Below are positions 30,950 to 40,209 of a stretch of DNA of 64,000 nt, piece by piece (the first letter of the stretch is position 1; each line of letters begins with the position of its first letter). The notes beneath the pieces are model-generated. The model worked only from the letters and a program-made list of their open reading frames with translations, was not told the origin of the DNA and ran no database searches. Made by a program: the position numbers and the translations under genes. The stretch comes from Rhodocyclaceae bacterium (GTDB lineage: Bacteria; Pseudomonadota; Gammaproteobacteria; Burkholderiales; Rhodocyclaceae). The DNA lies in contig JAKLLG010000002.1 in assembly GCA_023150275.1 (NCBI GenBank), positions 12,511 to 76,510 on the forward strand, read 5' to 3'.

Positions 30950-33052
30950 ATGGAACTGATCATCACCGCCATCGGCATCTTGGCCCTGTTCATATTCGGC
31001 CTGTTTGCCCTGTTTGCGAAGTTCTACTACAAGGTCGAGCAGGGGCATGCCATGATCGTCAACAACCTGCGGGCCGAACCCGAGGTGACCTTCACCGGCG
31101 GCATGGTTTACCCGATCATCCACAAGATGGAAATGATGGATATCTCCATCAAGACCATCGTCATCAAGCGGACCGGCAACGAGGGTTTGATCTGCAAGGA
31201 CAACATCCGCGCCGACATCGAGGTGACCTTCTTCGTTCACGTGAACAAGACGGCCAGCGACGTGCTCAAGGTGGCGCAGACGATCGGCTGTGCCCGCGCC
31301 TCCTGCCAGGAAACGCTGGAAGAACTGTTCGCCGCCAAGTTTTCCGAAGCGCTGAAGACCGCCGGCAAATCGATGAACTTCGAGGATCTCTATCAGGCTC
31401 GCGATCAGTTTCGCGACGAGATCATCCGCCAGATCGGCGACAACCTCTCCGGCTATGTGCTCGAAGACGCTGCCATCGACTACCTGGAACAGACACCGCT
31501 CGACAAGCTGGATCCCAACAACATTCTCGACGCCCAGGGCATCCGCAAGATCACCGAACTGACTGCCGTCGAGCATATCCAGACCAATCAATGGCAACGC
31601 GACGAACAGGCAAAGATCAAGAAAAAGGACGTTGAAACCCAGGAGACGATCTACGAACTCGAACGCCAGCAGGCCGAGGCGCAGGCCCGACAAGTGCGTG
31701 AGATTGCCGCTGTTCAGGCACGTGAACAGGCGGAGGCGCAGCGTGTGCAGGCAGAGGAAAGGGCCAAGGCCGAGTTGGCCAGGCTCAACGCCGACCAGCT
31801 GATTGCCGTACAACAGGAAAACGTGCAGCGCGAGAAGGAAGTCGCCGAGAACAACCGCAAGCGCGCGGTCGCCATCGAGGAAGAGCGTGTCACCCGCGCC
31901 CGCCAGCTGGAAATCGTCGATCGCGAAAAGGAAGTTACGCTGCAGACCATCGACAAGGACAAGGCCGTCGAAGTGCAGAAGAAGGCCATCGCCGACGTTA
32001 TCCGCGAGCGCGTCATCGTCGAACGCACGGTGGCCGAGCAGGAAGAGGCGATCAAGGAGGTTCGCGTGGTGTCCGAAGCCGACCGCACCCGCAAATCGGC
32101 GGTCATCGAAGCCGAGGGCAAGGCGGAGCACGATCTGGTGCTGGCGGTGAAAGCCGCCGAGGCGGACGAGCGCCGCGCTCGCCATCTGGCCACGCAGGAA
32201 CTGACGCTGGCCGAAGCCAAACTGAAGGTTGCGGAGAAAGAAGCGGAAGCGAAGAAACGCGAAGCCGAGGGAATCGAAGCCTTCACCGCAGCTCCCGGCC
32301 TCGCTCAGGCCAAGGTACAACTGGCGGCTGCCGATGCGACCGAAAAAACCGGCCTGGTCGAAGCCAAGGTCAAGATTGCCGATGCCGAAGCGACGGCCAG
32401 GTTCGGCGCCGCCGAAGCGGAAGCGCTGCGCCTCAAGCTGGAAGCCGAAGCCCAGGGCAAACAGCAACTCGGTCTTGCCGACGTGCATGTGAAGTCGGCC
32501 GACGCCGACGCCGTCAGCAAGCAGGGGCACGCCGAAGCGGAGGCCGTGGAAGCCAGGATGCAGGCCGAGGCGCGTGGCCTCAAGGAGAAATTCGACGCGA
32601 TGCGCGCGATGGCGCCGGAGACCCGGGCGCACGAGGAATACCGCATGCGTTTGCAGAATGCCCACGTCGAAACCCTCAAGGGCATCGAAGCGCAGAAGGA
32701 TATCGCGGCCGAACAGGCGACGGTGCTGTCGACCGCGCTGGGCAACGCCAAGATCGACATCGTCGGTGGCCAGGGCGACTACTTCGAGCGCTTCGTCAAT
32801 GCGCTTGCGGTGGGCAAGGGCATCGATGGCGCGATCGCCAAGAGCGAGACCCTGCAGATTGCACTGAAGGATCATCTGACCGGCGAGCGTGATCTGGTCG
32901 GGGATCTGCAAGGGCTGGTCGGCGCACTGGGTTCTTCTTCCTCCGAGCTGCAACATCTGAGCGTCAGCGCGATGATGGCGAAAGTCATGCAGGAAGGTTC
33001 GGAGGATCAGCGCTCGGCCCTGCAGAACCTGCTCGCTAGCCTGCGCAAGTAA
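30950..33052 (+). CDS. flotillin family protein (SPFH/band-7 domain, YqiK-like), 700 aa
   Basis: N-terminal TM segment and an SPFH domain, then a long Ala/Glu/Lys-rich coiled coil (EAEAQRVQAEERAKAE...). Confidence 0.85.
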   Translation: MELIITAIGILALFIFGLFALFAKFYYKVEQGHAMIVNNLRAEPEVTFTGGMVYPIIHKMEMMDISIKTIVIKRTGNEGLICKDNIRADIEVTFFVHVNKTASDVLKVAQTIGCARASCQETLEELFAAKFSEALKTAGKSMNFEDLYQARDQFRDEIIRQIGDNLSGYVLEDAAIDYLEQTPLDKLDPNNILDAQGIRKITELTAVEHIQTNQWQRDEQAKIKKKDVETQETIYELERQQAEAQARQVREIAAVQAREQAEAQRVQAEERAKAELARLNADQLIAVQQENVQREKEVAENNRKRAVAIEEERVTRARQLEIVDREKEVTLQTIDKDKAVEVQKKAIADVIRERVIVERTVAEQEEAIKEVRVVSEADRTRKSAVIEAEGKAEHDLVLAVKAAEADERRARHLATQELTLAEAKLKVAEKEAEAKKREAEGIEAFTAAPGLAQAKVQLAAADATEKTGLVEAKVKIADAEATARFGAAEAEALRLKLEAEAQGKQQLGLADVHVKSADADAVSKQGHAEAEAVEARMQAEARGLKEKFDAMRAMAPETRAHEEYRMRLQNAHVETLKGIEAQKDIAAEQATVLSTALGNAKIDIVGGQGDYFERFVNALAVGKGIDGAIAKSETLQIALKDHLTGERDLVGDLQGLVGALGSSSSELQHLSVSAMMAKVMQEGSEDQRSALQNLLASLRK

Positions 33053-33631
33053 ATGGCCCGCGAACCCGAACTGCAGTGCTATTGCGGCCCGCGGCAGACG
33101 CTGGCCGTGACGGAGGAGGGCGGTCTGCGCCAGTGGCGCTGCCGGCGCTGCGGCGGCCGACGTTTCCTGCTCGCCGACTTTCGCCGGTGGCGCGAGCAGG
33201 GTGGTGCGCAGCAGCTTGCAGTCGGGTTGCCGGCTGCGGCGACGGAATACCACGAAACCCCATCTTCTCGCCTGTGCCAAAGCTGCGGGCTGATCATGGC
33301 GCGTTACCGGGTGGCCAGCGATCTGGCGTTCCACATTGACCGTTGCGCACCTTGTCAGTCGGTCTGGCTCGATGGCTGCGAGTGGGAAATCCTTGCCAGC
33401 CAGCAGTGGCTGGCACAACTCGACGAGATCATGTCAGATCGCTGGCAGAAACGTCTGCAGCAAAGCGAGGCCGACGCGCGGCGCGAGCAGACCCTGCGCG
33501 TCCGCTTTGGCGATGCCGAGTACGAGCGGTTGCGTGAAATCAGCCGCTGGCTCGCGCAGCAGGCGAAGCGACGGGAAATGCTGGCCTTTCTGAACGCCGA
33601 ACCCTCTGCCGGTGCGGAGCGCCTCCGATGA
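33053..33631 (+). CDS. protein with two zf-TFIIB-type zinc ribbons and a C-terminal coiled coil
   Basis: CYCGP...WRCRRCGGRRFLLADF and CQSCGL...IDRCAPCQSVWLDGCEWEIL both match the CxxC...CxxCxGxWxDxxE pattern. Confidence 0.6.
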   Translation: MAREPELQCYCGPRQTLAVTEEGGLRQWRCRRCGGRRFLLADFRRWREQGGAQQLAVGLPAAATEYHETPSSRLCQSCGLIMARYRVASDLAFHIDRCAPCQSVWLDGCEWEILASQQWLAQLDEIMSDRWQKRLQQSEADARREQTLRVRFGDAEYERLREISRWLAQQAKRREMLAFLNAEPSAGAERLR

Positions 33632-34605
33632 TCGTTCCGCAATACTGGGCCGAAGCCCGCATCCAGGAGCGCCGCGGAAACAGGCAGCTGACCGTGCGCC
33701 GCTTCGGCTGGTCCGAGCATAGCCAGGACGAAGCGCAGGCCAACGCCGAGGCGCGCGTGCGCACCGCGTTCGAGCGTATCGTCTCTGGTGAGAAGCTGCC
33801 CAGACACGAGCCGAAGGTCGCCTACAACGGCGCCGATGGCGTGCCTATCCGCGAAGAAGTACTGGCGCGCCATGGCGATGTCGTGATTACCCGGAATGCC
33901 TACGGCGCGAGTTGCCTCAATACACCGGACGTGCTGTTCGCCGATATCGATTTGCCCGCAACTTCCGCGGCGTCGCGGAAGTTGCTTGTCCATTTTGTCC
34001 TGCCCGGAATGGCGGCAATGGCCGGTTGGCTGACGCATTCGTGGCTTGTCTTTGCGCTGCTCGCCGTGGCGGCAACCGTTTTCGCCGGCACGGTCGCGAA
34101 GCGGCTAGACAGAAATCGCGGGCAACGCATGGAAACCGCCGGGTGTGCGGCCCGCCAGCGTGTCGCAGATTTCGTTGCGGCGCATCCTGACTGGCACGTG
34201 CGGCTCTACCAGACCCCGGCCGGTCTTCGTGCTCTGGTCATGCATCGTACTTTCGATGCCGACGAGCCCGCCGCGCAGGAGTTTTTTCGGGCACTGCACA
34301 GCGATCCGGTCTACGTGCGCATGTGCCGCAACCAGAAATGCTTCCGTGCCCGCGTCAGTCCCAAACCCTGGCGCGTCGGCATGATCCGGCATATCCGGCC
34401 GCGTCCCGGCGTGTGGCCGGTCAGGACCGAGCATCTGGCCCTGCGCCGGGAATGGATTGCCGAGTATGAAAACCGGGCCAGGAGCCACGCTTCCTGCCGC
34501 CTCATTGCAACTCTTGGTTCGCCGACGGTAGACCCCAAGGCGTTCGCCGTACAAACCCTGCATGACGAGTTGAGTCAGGCCGCTTCGTCACTGCCTCTTG
34601 CCTGA
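33628..34605 (+). CDS. hypothetical protein (325 aa, central hydrophobic segment)
   Basis: ATGA-coupled. One or two TM helices (LLVHFVLPGMAAMAGWLTHSWLVFALLAVAATVFAG). No recognisable motif. Confidence 0.5.
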   Translation: MIVPQYWAEARIQERRGNRQLTVRRFGWSEHSQDEAQANAEARVRTAFERIVSGEKLPRHEPKVAYNGADGVPIREEVLARHGDVVITRNAYGASCLNTPDVLFADIDLPATSAASRKLLVHFVLPGMAAMAGWLTHSWLVFALLAVAATVFAGTVAKRLDRNRGQRMETAGCAARQRVADFVAAHPDWHVRLYQTPAGLRALVMHRTFDADEPAAQEFFRALHSDPVYVRMCRNQKCFRARVSPKPWRVGMIRHIRPRPGVWPVRTEHLALRREWIAEYENRARSHASCRLIATLGSPTVDPKAFAVQTLHDELSQAASSLPLA

Positions 34606-34610
34606 ATGCC

Positions 34611-37600
34611 ATGAGCCAAACCGAAAACCCCGATGCCGTAGATGCCGCCGTTGCCGAAGGCGGCAGTTACGAACTGCTGAAAAAGCGCCTGCAGCTGCAG
34701 GGCGATGCGCTGGCCGGAAAGATCAGGCGGCTGAACGAGGATCGTCTGGCCGCGTTCGGCCGTTCCGACCTGCGTCTGCTCAGTCGCTTGCGCGCACGCA
34801 CCGAGAACAACTGTGTGGCGCGCGACATCGTCCGCGTCGGTGATCTGCTGGTCTTCGGCTACAACGTCTTCATGGGGCTGCGTCAGGAGATTCGCGCGGC
34901 CGACGTGTTCAGCCTGTATCGCCTCGGCGAAGGTGCCGGCAGTGAAGAACTGGAGCCGGTTGCGCTGGAAGGCAGTTTTCTCGCCGACCCGCGTTTCACC
35001 CTCGATTTCCGCGAGCTCTACACCTATTACAAGCAGGCCAGCCTGACGCAATTGCGGGTGCATCAGCACAAGCTGCTGGCTGCGTTCCAGATCGGGCCGC
35101 AACTGACCGACCTGCGCGTCTTCCGGTGGTCGATCGAGGCCGATGGCGGCCTCAAGTACATCGACAATCGCGGCGAACGCGACATCGCCCTGCCGGCCGC
35201 GCACGATTTTGAATGGTCGGTGAGCCGGCGCGAAGACCACGTCACCGGCAAGCATCCGCATGTGAATATCCTCGACACCATTTTTGTCGAGACCATCGGC
35301 GGCGATCTCACCGTCAAGATAGAGAACAATACCGAGAGCGGACTCGGCATCTACAGCGAGCCGGTGGAAGACAAGAACCAGTCGCTGGTCGATGCCGAGA
35401 TCTACCACGCCCGCCTGGGTTCGCTGATCCTGCTGCGCATCAAGCCCTACCGCGAAAGCGAATATCGCTACCTGGTCTACAACCACCGTACCCAGCATGT
35501 CGTTCGCATCGATGCCATCGGCCCCTCGTGCGTGCAGTTGCCGGAAGACCACGGCATCATTTTCCCGGGCGGTTACTACCTGCAATCCGGCGAATACAAG
35601 CGCTTCGATCTGCCGGCCGAGGCCATCGCCGGACTGCGCTTCAAGCGCATGCTGCGCTCGCCCAACGGCGAGGATGTGCTCTACGTGTTCTACCAGCCGG
35701 GCGGCGGGCAGTACGGCTTGTTTACCTACAACCTGATCGAAAAACGTCTGGGTACGCCGGTGCTTTCGAATGGCTACGCCCGCTTCGACGACGGCCGCAT
35801 GCTGGTCTTCCAGAGCGACGGCAGCGACCCCGTCCGCCTGCACCCGATGCAGTTGTGGCAAACCCCCTTCGTCAGCGACGACCATGCCGAGCGCCATGTC
35901 GATCGGCAGAGCTTCTTTGGCCGCATCGGCAACGCCGAGCTGGTGCGGGGTATCGCCGAATCGATGGAGATCAGCCGCGCCGTCGGCGAGCAGGCGCCGA
36001 CCCGCGTCGTCTACGAAGATATGCTCCGCCTTTGCGGGCGGGTACTGGACGGCTATTTCTGGCTGGACAGCGACGAGGCCGGCCACGCCGACGCCGATCT
36101 GCGCGCCATCGCCGGCACCGCACGGGCGGCGCTGGACGAGTTCGACAAGGTGGCGGCGATCCGGCGCGAGGCCTCGCGCCTTCTGGCCCAGGCCGAAGGC
36201 GAACAGCACGGCCTGCTGACCGACATCGCCGCCAGGCTCTGGCAACATCCGGACGATTTCGTTGCCATGCTCGACCGCCTGCGCCTGCAGCGCGGCCGCC
36301 TGCTCGGGCTGCGCGAACAGCGCTACATCGACCTTGCCCGAATCGAGGCTCTGGATCAGCAACTCGGCGAGGAGCAGAAGCGGGTCGGCGAAAAGACCCT
36401 TGTCTTCCTGCTCACCGACAAGGCATTCCAGCCCTACCAGGCGGCGCTAGCGGCCTGCGCCACGGCGATCGCCGCCGCCGCCACGACCGGCCAGCTCGAC
36501 GAACAGGGCAAGGGTCTGGAACAGACTGCGCATGCGCTCGACCTGCTCAACGACCTGGTCGCCAACCTGCCCGGCGGCGACGCGACCTCGCGGACCGCCA
36601 TCCTCGAACAGATTTCCGCGGTCTATGCCGAAACCAATCGCCTGCGTGCTGAGGTTCGCAACCGGCGCAAACAACTGGCCACCACCGAACTGGCCTCGGA
36701 ATTCGGCGCCCAGTTCAGGCTGCTCGGGCAGTCGGTGGAAAGCGCGCTGGAGCGCGTCGATACCCCGGAGCAATGCGACGACGCGCTGACCCGGCTGCTC
36801 GCGCAACTGGAAGAACTGGAAGGCCGTTTTGGCGAACAGGAGCAATTCGCCGCCGATCTCGACGAGAAGCGCGAATCGATCTACGAAGCGCTCACTGCGA
36901 AGAAGCAGCAACTGCTGGAAGTCCGTCAGCGCCGTACGCAGATCCTGCTCGATTCCGGTCAGCGCATTCTGGCCGGCGTACCGCGCCGCGTGCAGCAGTT
37001 TACGGTGCTCGACGAAGTCCATGCCTATTTTGCCGGCGACCCTCTGCTCGCCAAATGCCGCAGCATTTGCGACGAACTGCGCGGCATCGGGGCGCAGGTG
37101 CAGGCCGACGATCTCGACACTCGCCTCAAGACCGCCCGCGATCAGGCGCTGCGGGCGGTGCGCGATCGTTCCGAACTGCTCGCCGACGACGGCAACACCA
37201 TCCGCCTCGGCCGTCACGCCTTCACCGTCGGGCGCCAGGCGCTCGAACTGACGCTGGCGCCGAGCGGCGATGGCCTGGCCTACCACCTGACCGGTACCGA
37301 CTACCTGGTGCCCTTCGTGCATGACGAAGCGCAGCGCCTGCAGCCCTATTGGACGATGGCGCTGGTTTCCGAATCGCCGGCCTTCTATCGCGCCGAGTAT
37401 CTGGCCGGGGAAGTGCTGCTGGCGAGCCAGCGCGGCGAAATCGCCGCTTCGTTCGAGGCTCTGCAGGCCTTGTGCCTTGCCGCCGAAGGCGAGCGCGACG
37501 GCTTGCTCGCAGTCGTCCGCGATTTCTCGGCGAGCCGCTATCAGGAGGGCTACCAGAAAGGGGTGCATGACCACGACGCCGCAGCCATTCTCGCCGCACT

Positions 37601-39887
37601 GGTGCCGATGCAGGCGCACGCGGGGCGGCTGGCCTTCAGCCCGCGCGCCCGGGCTCTCGCCGCGCTCTACTGGCTGCAGGGCGTGCCGGCCATCGAGCGG
37701 CCGGGGCTGCAGCGGCAGGCAGCGAGTGCCGGCCAGATCCATGCGTTGTTCGGTGCCGGCCGCGTTCGCGAAGCGCTGGTCGTTCGCTGGCAGCCGGCCA
37801 TTGCCCGCTTTGCCGAGCGGGAGCAATTGCTGGCGCTATGGCAGACGGGTCCGGTGCTGGTCGATGAAGCGGCCGCTTATCTGGCCGAGGAGCTTGCCAG
37901 CGGCGGCGAATGGGTCGCCAGTGGCGCCGCACTGGATCTTGCAGAGGCCTTCACCCGCCATCTCGAACGGGCAAATCACCTGGGACGCTGGCGCGAGCAA
38001 TTGGCCGACTGTGTGCCGCTGGAATGCTGGCAACTGGCCCGCGACTGGGTCGAGAGCTACTGCGCCGCAGCTGCGCCGGAGGCAGCGGCGTGGAGCGACG
38101 AAGCAGCCGCCACCCTGGTGCTGGAATTGCCGCGGCAACGCCACAACGCCGGCTTGAGCGTGACGGTCGGCGGGTTGCGCGGCGAACACCCGCGCGTCGT
38201 CAATGGAGAACTGGCGCTCAATCTCAACGATTTCCATCTGCGGGCGCGTACCCACCGGCAGGAGATCGTTCCCGGGGTTCTGCGCTGGCACGCCTTGCGC
38301 CAGGAACTGGTGGCGAGCGAAAAGGCGCGCCTGAGCCTTGAACAGTTCCAGGCCAAACCGCTCTCCAGTTTCGTGCGCAATCACCTGATCGATGAGGTCT
38401 ATCTGCCGCTGGTCGGCGACAACCTCGCCAAGCAGATCGGTGCCGCCGGCGACAGCAAGCGCACCGACCGCATGGGCATGCTGCTGCTGATTTCGCCGCC
38501 GGGCTATGGCAAGACGACGTTGATGGAATACATCGCCGACCGTCTGGGCCTGATATTCGTGCGCATCAACTGCCCGGCGCTGGGCCACGACGTCGTCTCG
38601 CTCGACCCCGACAAGGCGCCGCACAGCGGCGCCCGGCAGGAACTGGAGAAGCTGAACCTCGGCCTGGCGATGGGCAACAACGTCATGCTGTACCTCGACG
38701 ATATCCAGCACACTCACCCGGAGTTCCTGCAGAAGTTCATCGCGCTGTGCGACGGAACCCGCCGCATCGAGGGCGTCTGGCAGGGGCGGCCTCGCAGCTA
38801 CGATCTGCGCGGCAAGCGCTTTGCGGTGGTGATGGCCGGCAATCCGTATACCGAATCGGGCGAGGCTTTCAGGATTCCCGACATGCTTGCCAACCGCGCC
38901 GACATCTACAACCTCGGCGACGTACTCTCCGGCCGCGAAGCGGCCTTCGCGCTTTCCTACATCGAGAACAGCCTGACCGCCAACCCGGCGCTGATGCCGC
39001 TGGCGACGCGCGATCCCAAGGATATCGACCGTCTGGTCAAGCTGGCACAGGGGCACGACATCCCGGCCAGCGAGTTTGCACACGGCTACAGCGCGGCCGA
39101 ACTGAGCGAGCTGACCGCCATCCTGCAACGCCTGTTCACCGTTCGCGACGTGCTGCTCAAGGTCAACCTCGCCTACATCCAGTCCGCCGCGCAAGAAGAC
39201 GACTACCGTACCGAACCGCCGTTCAAGCTGCAGGGCAGCTATCGCAACATGGCCAAGCTCGCGGCCAAGGTCACCGCGATCATGGATCCGCAGGAGCTGG
39301 ACAACCTGCTGCGCGACCACTACCGCGGCGAAGCGCAGACCCTGACCACCGGCGCCGAGGAGAATCTGCTCAAGCTGGCGATGCTGATCGGCACGCCGAC
39401 GGCCGATGAAACGCGGCGTTGGCAGGCGATCTGCGAGGACTACCGCCGCTTCAAGAAACTCGGCGGCGCCGAGAGCGACGGCGCCACGCGGGTCGCCAAC
39501 CTGCTCGCCGACATCGGGGTGACTCTGGATGGGCTGAGGCAGCAACTTGCGAGTCCTGTACCGGGAACTCCCGATTGGCCTGCGGAGCTAGGGTCGCTAC
39601 GCAACACCATTGCTGCGATCAAACCCCAGGTGACAGTCGATGTCGCCGAGTCGCCGGCAATCGCCGCCATCGTTGACCGCCTGGCAGAGACCTACGAAAA
39701 GGGGATTGCGCCGCTGGTCAATGCGACCTATCACAAACTCAAGCTCGATCATGACATGTGGGAACGTCTGCGCGACATGGCGAAGGACATCAAGCGCCTG
39801 GACGCAGCGCTTGAACAAGCCGATTCACCAAAACCCGCGCCCAAGCCGCGCAAAACCGGAGGCAGCCATGAGCAAGGAAAGTCGTGA
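34611..39887 (+). CDS. 1758-aa multidomain protein with C-terminal AAA+ (AAA_5/MoxR/McrB-like) ATPase domain
   Basis: Walker A LLISPPGYGKTTL (nt ~38490-38520). Walker B NVMLYLDDIQH. Sensor/arginine region VVMAGNPYTESGEAFRIPDMLANRADIY. Precedes these with a beta-rich N-terminal domain and an ~800-aa helical region. Confidence 0.8.
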   Translation: MSQTENPDAVDAAVAEGGSYELLKKRLQLQGDALAGKIRRLNEDRLAAFGRSDLRLLSRLRARTENNCVARDIVRVGDLLVFGYNVFMGLRQEIRAADVFSLYRLGEGAGSEELEPVALEGSFLADPRFTLDFRELYTYYKQASLTQLRVHQHKLLAAFQIGPQLTDLRVFRWSIEADGGLKYIDNRGERDIALPAAHDFEWSVSRREDHVTGKHPHVNILDTIFVETIGGDLTVKIENNTESGLGIYSEPVEDKNQSLVDAEIYHARLGSLILLRIKPYRESEYRYLVYNHRTQHVVRIDAIGPSCVQLPEDHGIIFPGGYYLQSGEYKRFDLPAEAIAGLRFKRMLRSPNGEDVLYVFYQPGGGQYGLFTYNLIEKRLGTPVLSNGYARFDDGRMLVFQSDGSDPVRLHPMQLWQTPFVSDDHAERHVDRQSFFGRIGNAELVRGIAESMEISRAVGEQAPTRVVYEDMLRLCGRVLDGYFWLDSDEAGHADADLRAIAGTARAALDEFDKVAAIRREASRLLAQAEGEQHGLLTDIAARLWQHPDDFVAMLDRLRLQRGRLLGLREQRYIDLARIEALDQQLGEEQKRVGEKTLVFLLTDKAFQPYQAALAACATAIAAAATTGQLDEQGKGLEQTAHALDLLNDLVANLPGGDATSRTAILEQISAVYAETNRLRAEVRNRRKQLATTELASEFGAQFRLLGQSVESALERVDTPEQCDDALTRLLAQLEELEGRFGEQEQFAADLDEKRESIYEALTAKKQQLLEVRQRRTQILLDSGQRILAGVPRRVQQFTVLDEVHAYFAGDPLLAKCRSICDELRGIGAQVQADDLDTRLKTARDQALRAVRDRSELLADDGNTIRLGRHAFTVGRQALELTLAPSGDGLAYHLTGTDYLVPFVHDEAQRLQPYWTMALVSESPAFYRAEYLAGEVLLASQRGEIAASFEALQALCLAAEGERDGLLAVVRDFSASRYQEGYQKGVHDHDAAAILAALVPMQAHAGRLAFSPRARALAALYWLQGVPAIERPGLQRQAASAGQIHALFGAGRVREALVVRWQPAIARFAEREQLLALWQTGPVLVDEAAAYLAEELASGGEWVASGAALDLAEAFTRHLERANHLGRWREQLADCVPLECWQLARDWVESYCAAAAPEAAAWSDEAAATLVLELPRQRHNAGLSVTVGGLRGEHPRVVNGELALNLNDFHLRARTHRQEIVPGVLRWHALRQELVASEKARLSLEQFQAKPLSSFVRNHLIDEVYLPLVGDNLAKQIGAAGDSKRTDRMGMLLLISPPGYGKTTLMEYIADRLGLIFVRINCPALGHDVVSLDPDKAPHSGARQELEKLNLGLAMGNNVMLYLDDIQHTHPEFLQKFIALCDGTRRIEGVWQGRPRSYDLRGKRFAVVMAGNPYTESGEAFRIPDMLANRADIYNLGDVLSGREAAFALSYIENSLTANPALMPLATRDPKDIDRLVKLAQGHDIPASEFAHGYSAAELSELTAILQRLFTVRDVLLKVNLAYIQSAAQEDDYRTEPPFKLQGSYRNMAKLAAKVTAIMDPQELDNLLRDHYRGEAQTLTTGAEENLLKLAMLIGTPTADETRRWQAICEDYRRFKKLGGAESDGATRVANLLADIGVTLDGLRQQLASPVPGTPDWPAELGSLRNTIAAIKPQVTVDVAESPAIAAIVDRLAETYEKGIAPLVNATYHKLKLDHDMWERLRDMAKDIKRLDAALEQADSPKPAPKPRKTGGSHEQGKS

Positions 39888-40104
39888 TTATCTGGAAATG
39901 AGCTTTCGCTCCATTCAGTGTTTCACTGACGATGGAAGATTGATGCCGGAAGAACTGCAACGCATTGCCGACATCGCCTTGCGCGACGGCGTGGTCGATG
40001 CGAACGAAAAGCGCGTGCTGGCGAGCATCATCGGCAAGCTGACGAAGGAGGAACTGACGCCTTCCATGCAGACTAAGCTAACCGAACTTGCGAAGTACAT
40101 TTGA
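39868..40104 (+). CDS. small TerB-like domain protein
   Basis: ATG with GGAGG RBS. Overlaps the giant gene's 3' end by 20 nt. TDDGRLMPEELQRIADIALRDGVVDANEKRVLASII matches the TerB acidic-repeat pattern (DG.vd..E...L..I). Confidence 0.55.
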   Translation: MSKESRDYLEMSFRSIQCFTDDGRLMPEELQRIADIALRDGVVDANEKRVLASIIGKLTKEELTPSMQTKLTELAKYI

Positions 40105-40137
40105 GCGCGTTTCCGTGTACCGGAAATCGACCGCAGG

Positions 40138-40209
40138 TGGATGGCGGGTTGAAAAGAAGCCCGACATCTCGCACCTCGAAGCGCTAAATCAGCTCGATAC
40201 CGAGGGTAA
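40138..40209 (+). pseudogene. diverged partial duplicate of the 5' end of the purB-downstream gene (28219-28290)
   Basis: ~80% nucleotide identity over ~70 nt (…catctcgcacctcgaagcgct…ctcgat.ccga.ggta…). The encoded KKPDISHLEALNQLDTEGNVA corresponds to KKMPGISHLEALNLLDADGSVVA. Confidence 0.5.

Noticed and set aside
30932-33418. 828-aa minus-strand ORF antisense to the flotillin gene
   Set aside because: Produced by the Ala/Glu-rich coiled-coil codons on the other strand. No start context. The flotillin reading frame is clearly the coding one.
34575-39545. Several long minus-strand ORFs (595, 459 and 569 aa) antisense to the giant AAA+ gene
   Set aside because: Low-complexity translations. 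The plus-strand frame has Walker motifs and continuous coding over 5.3 kb.
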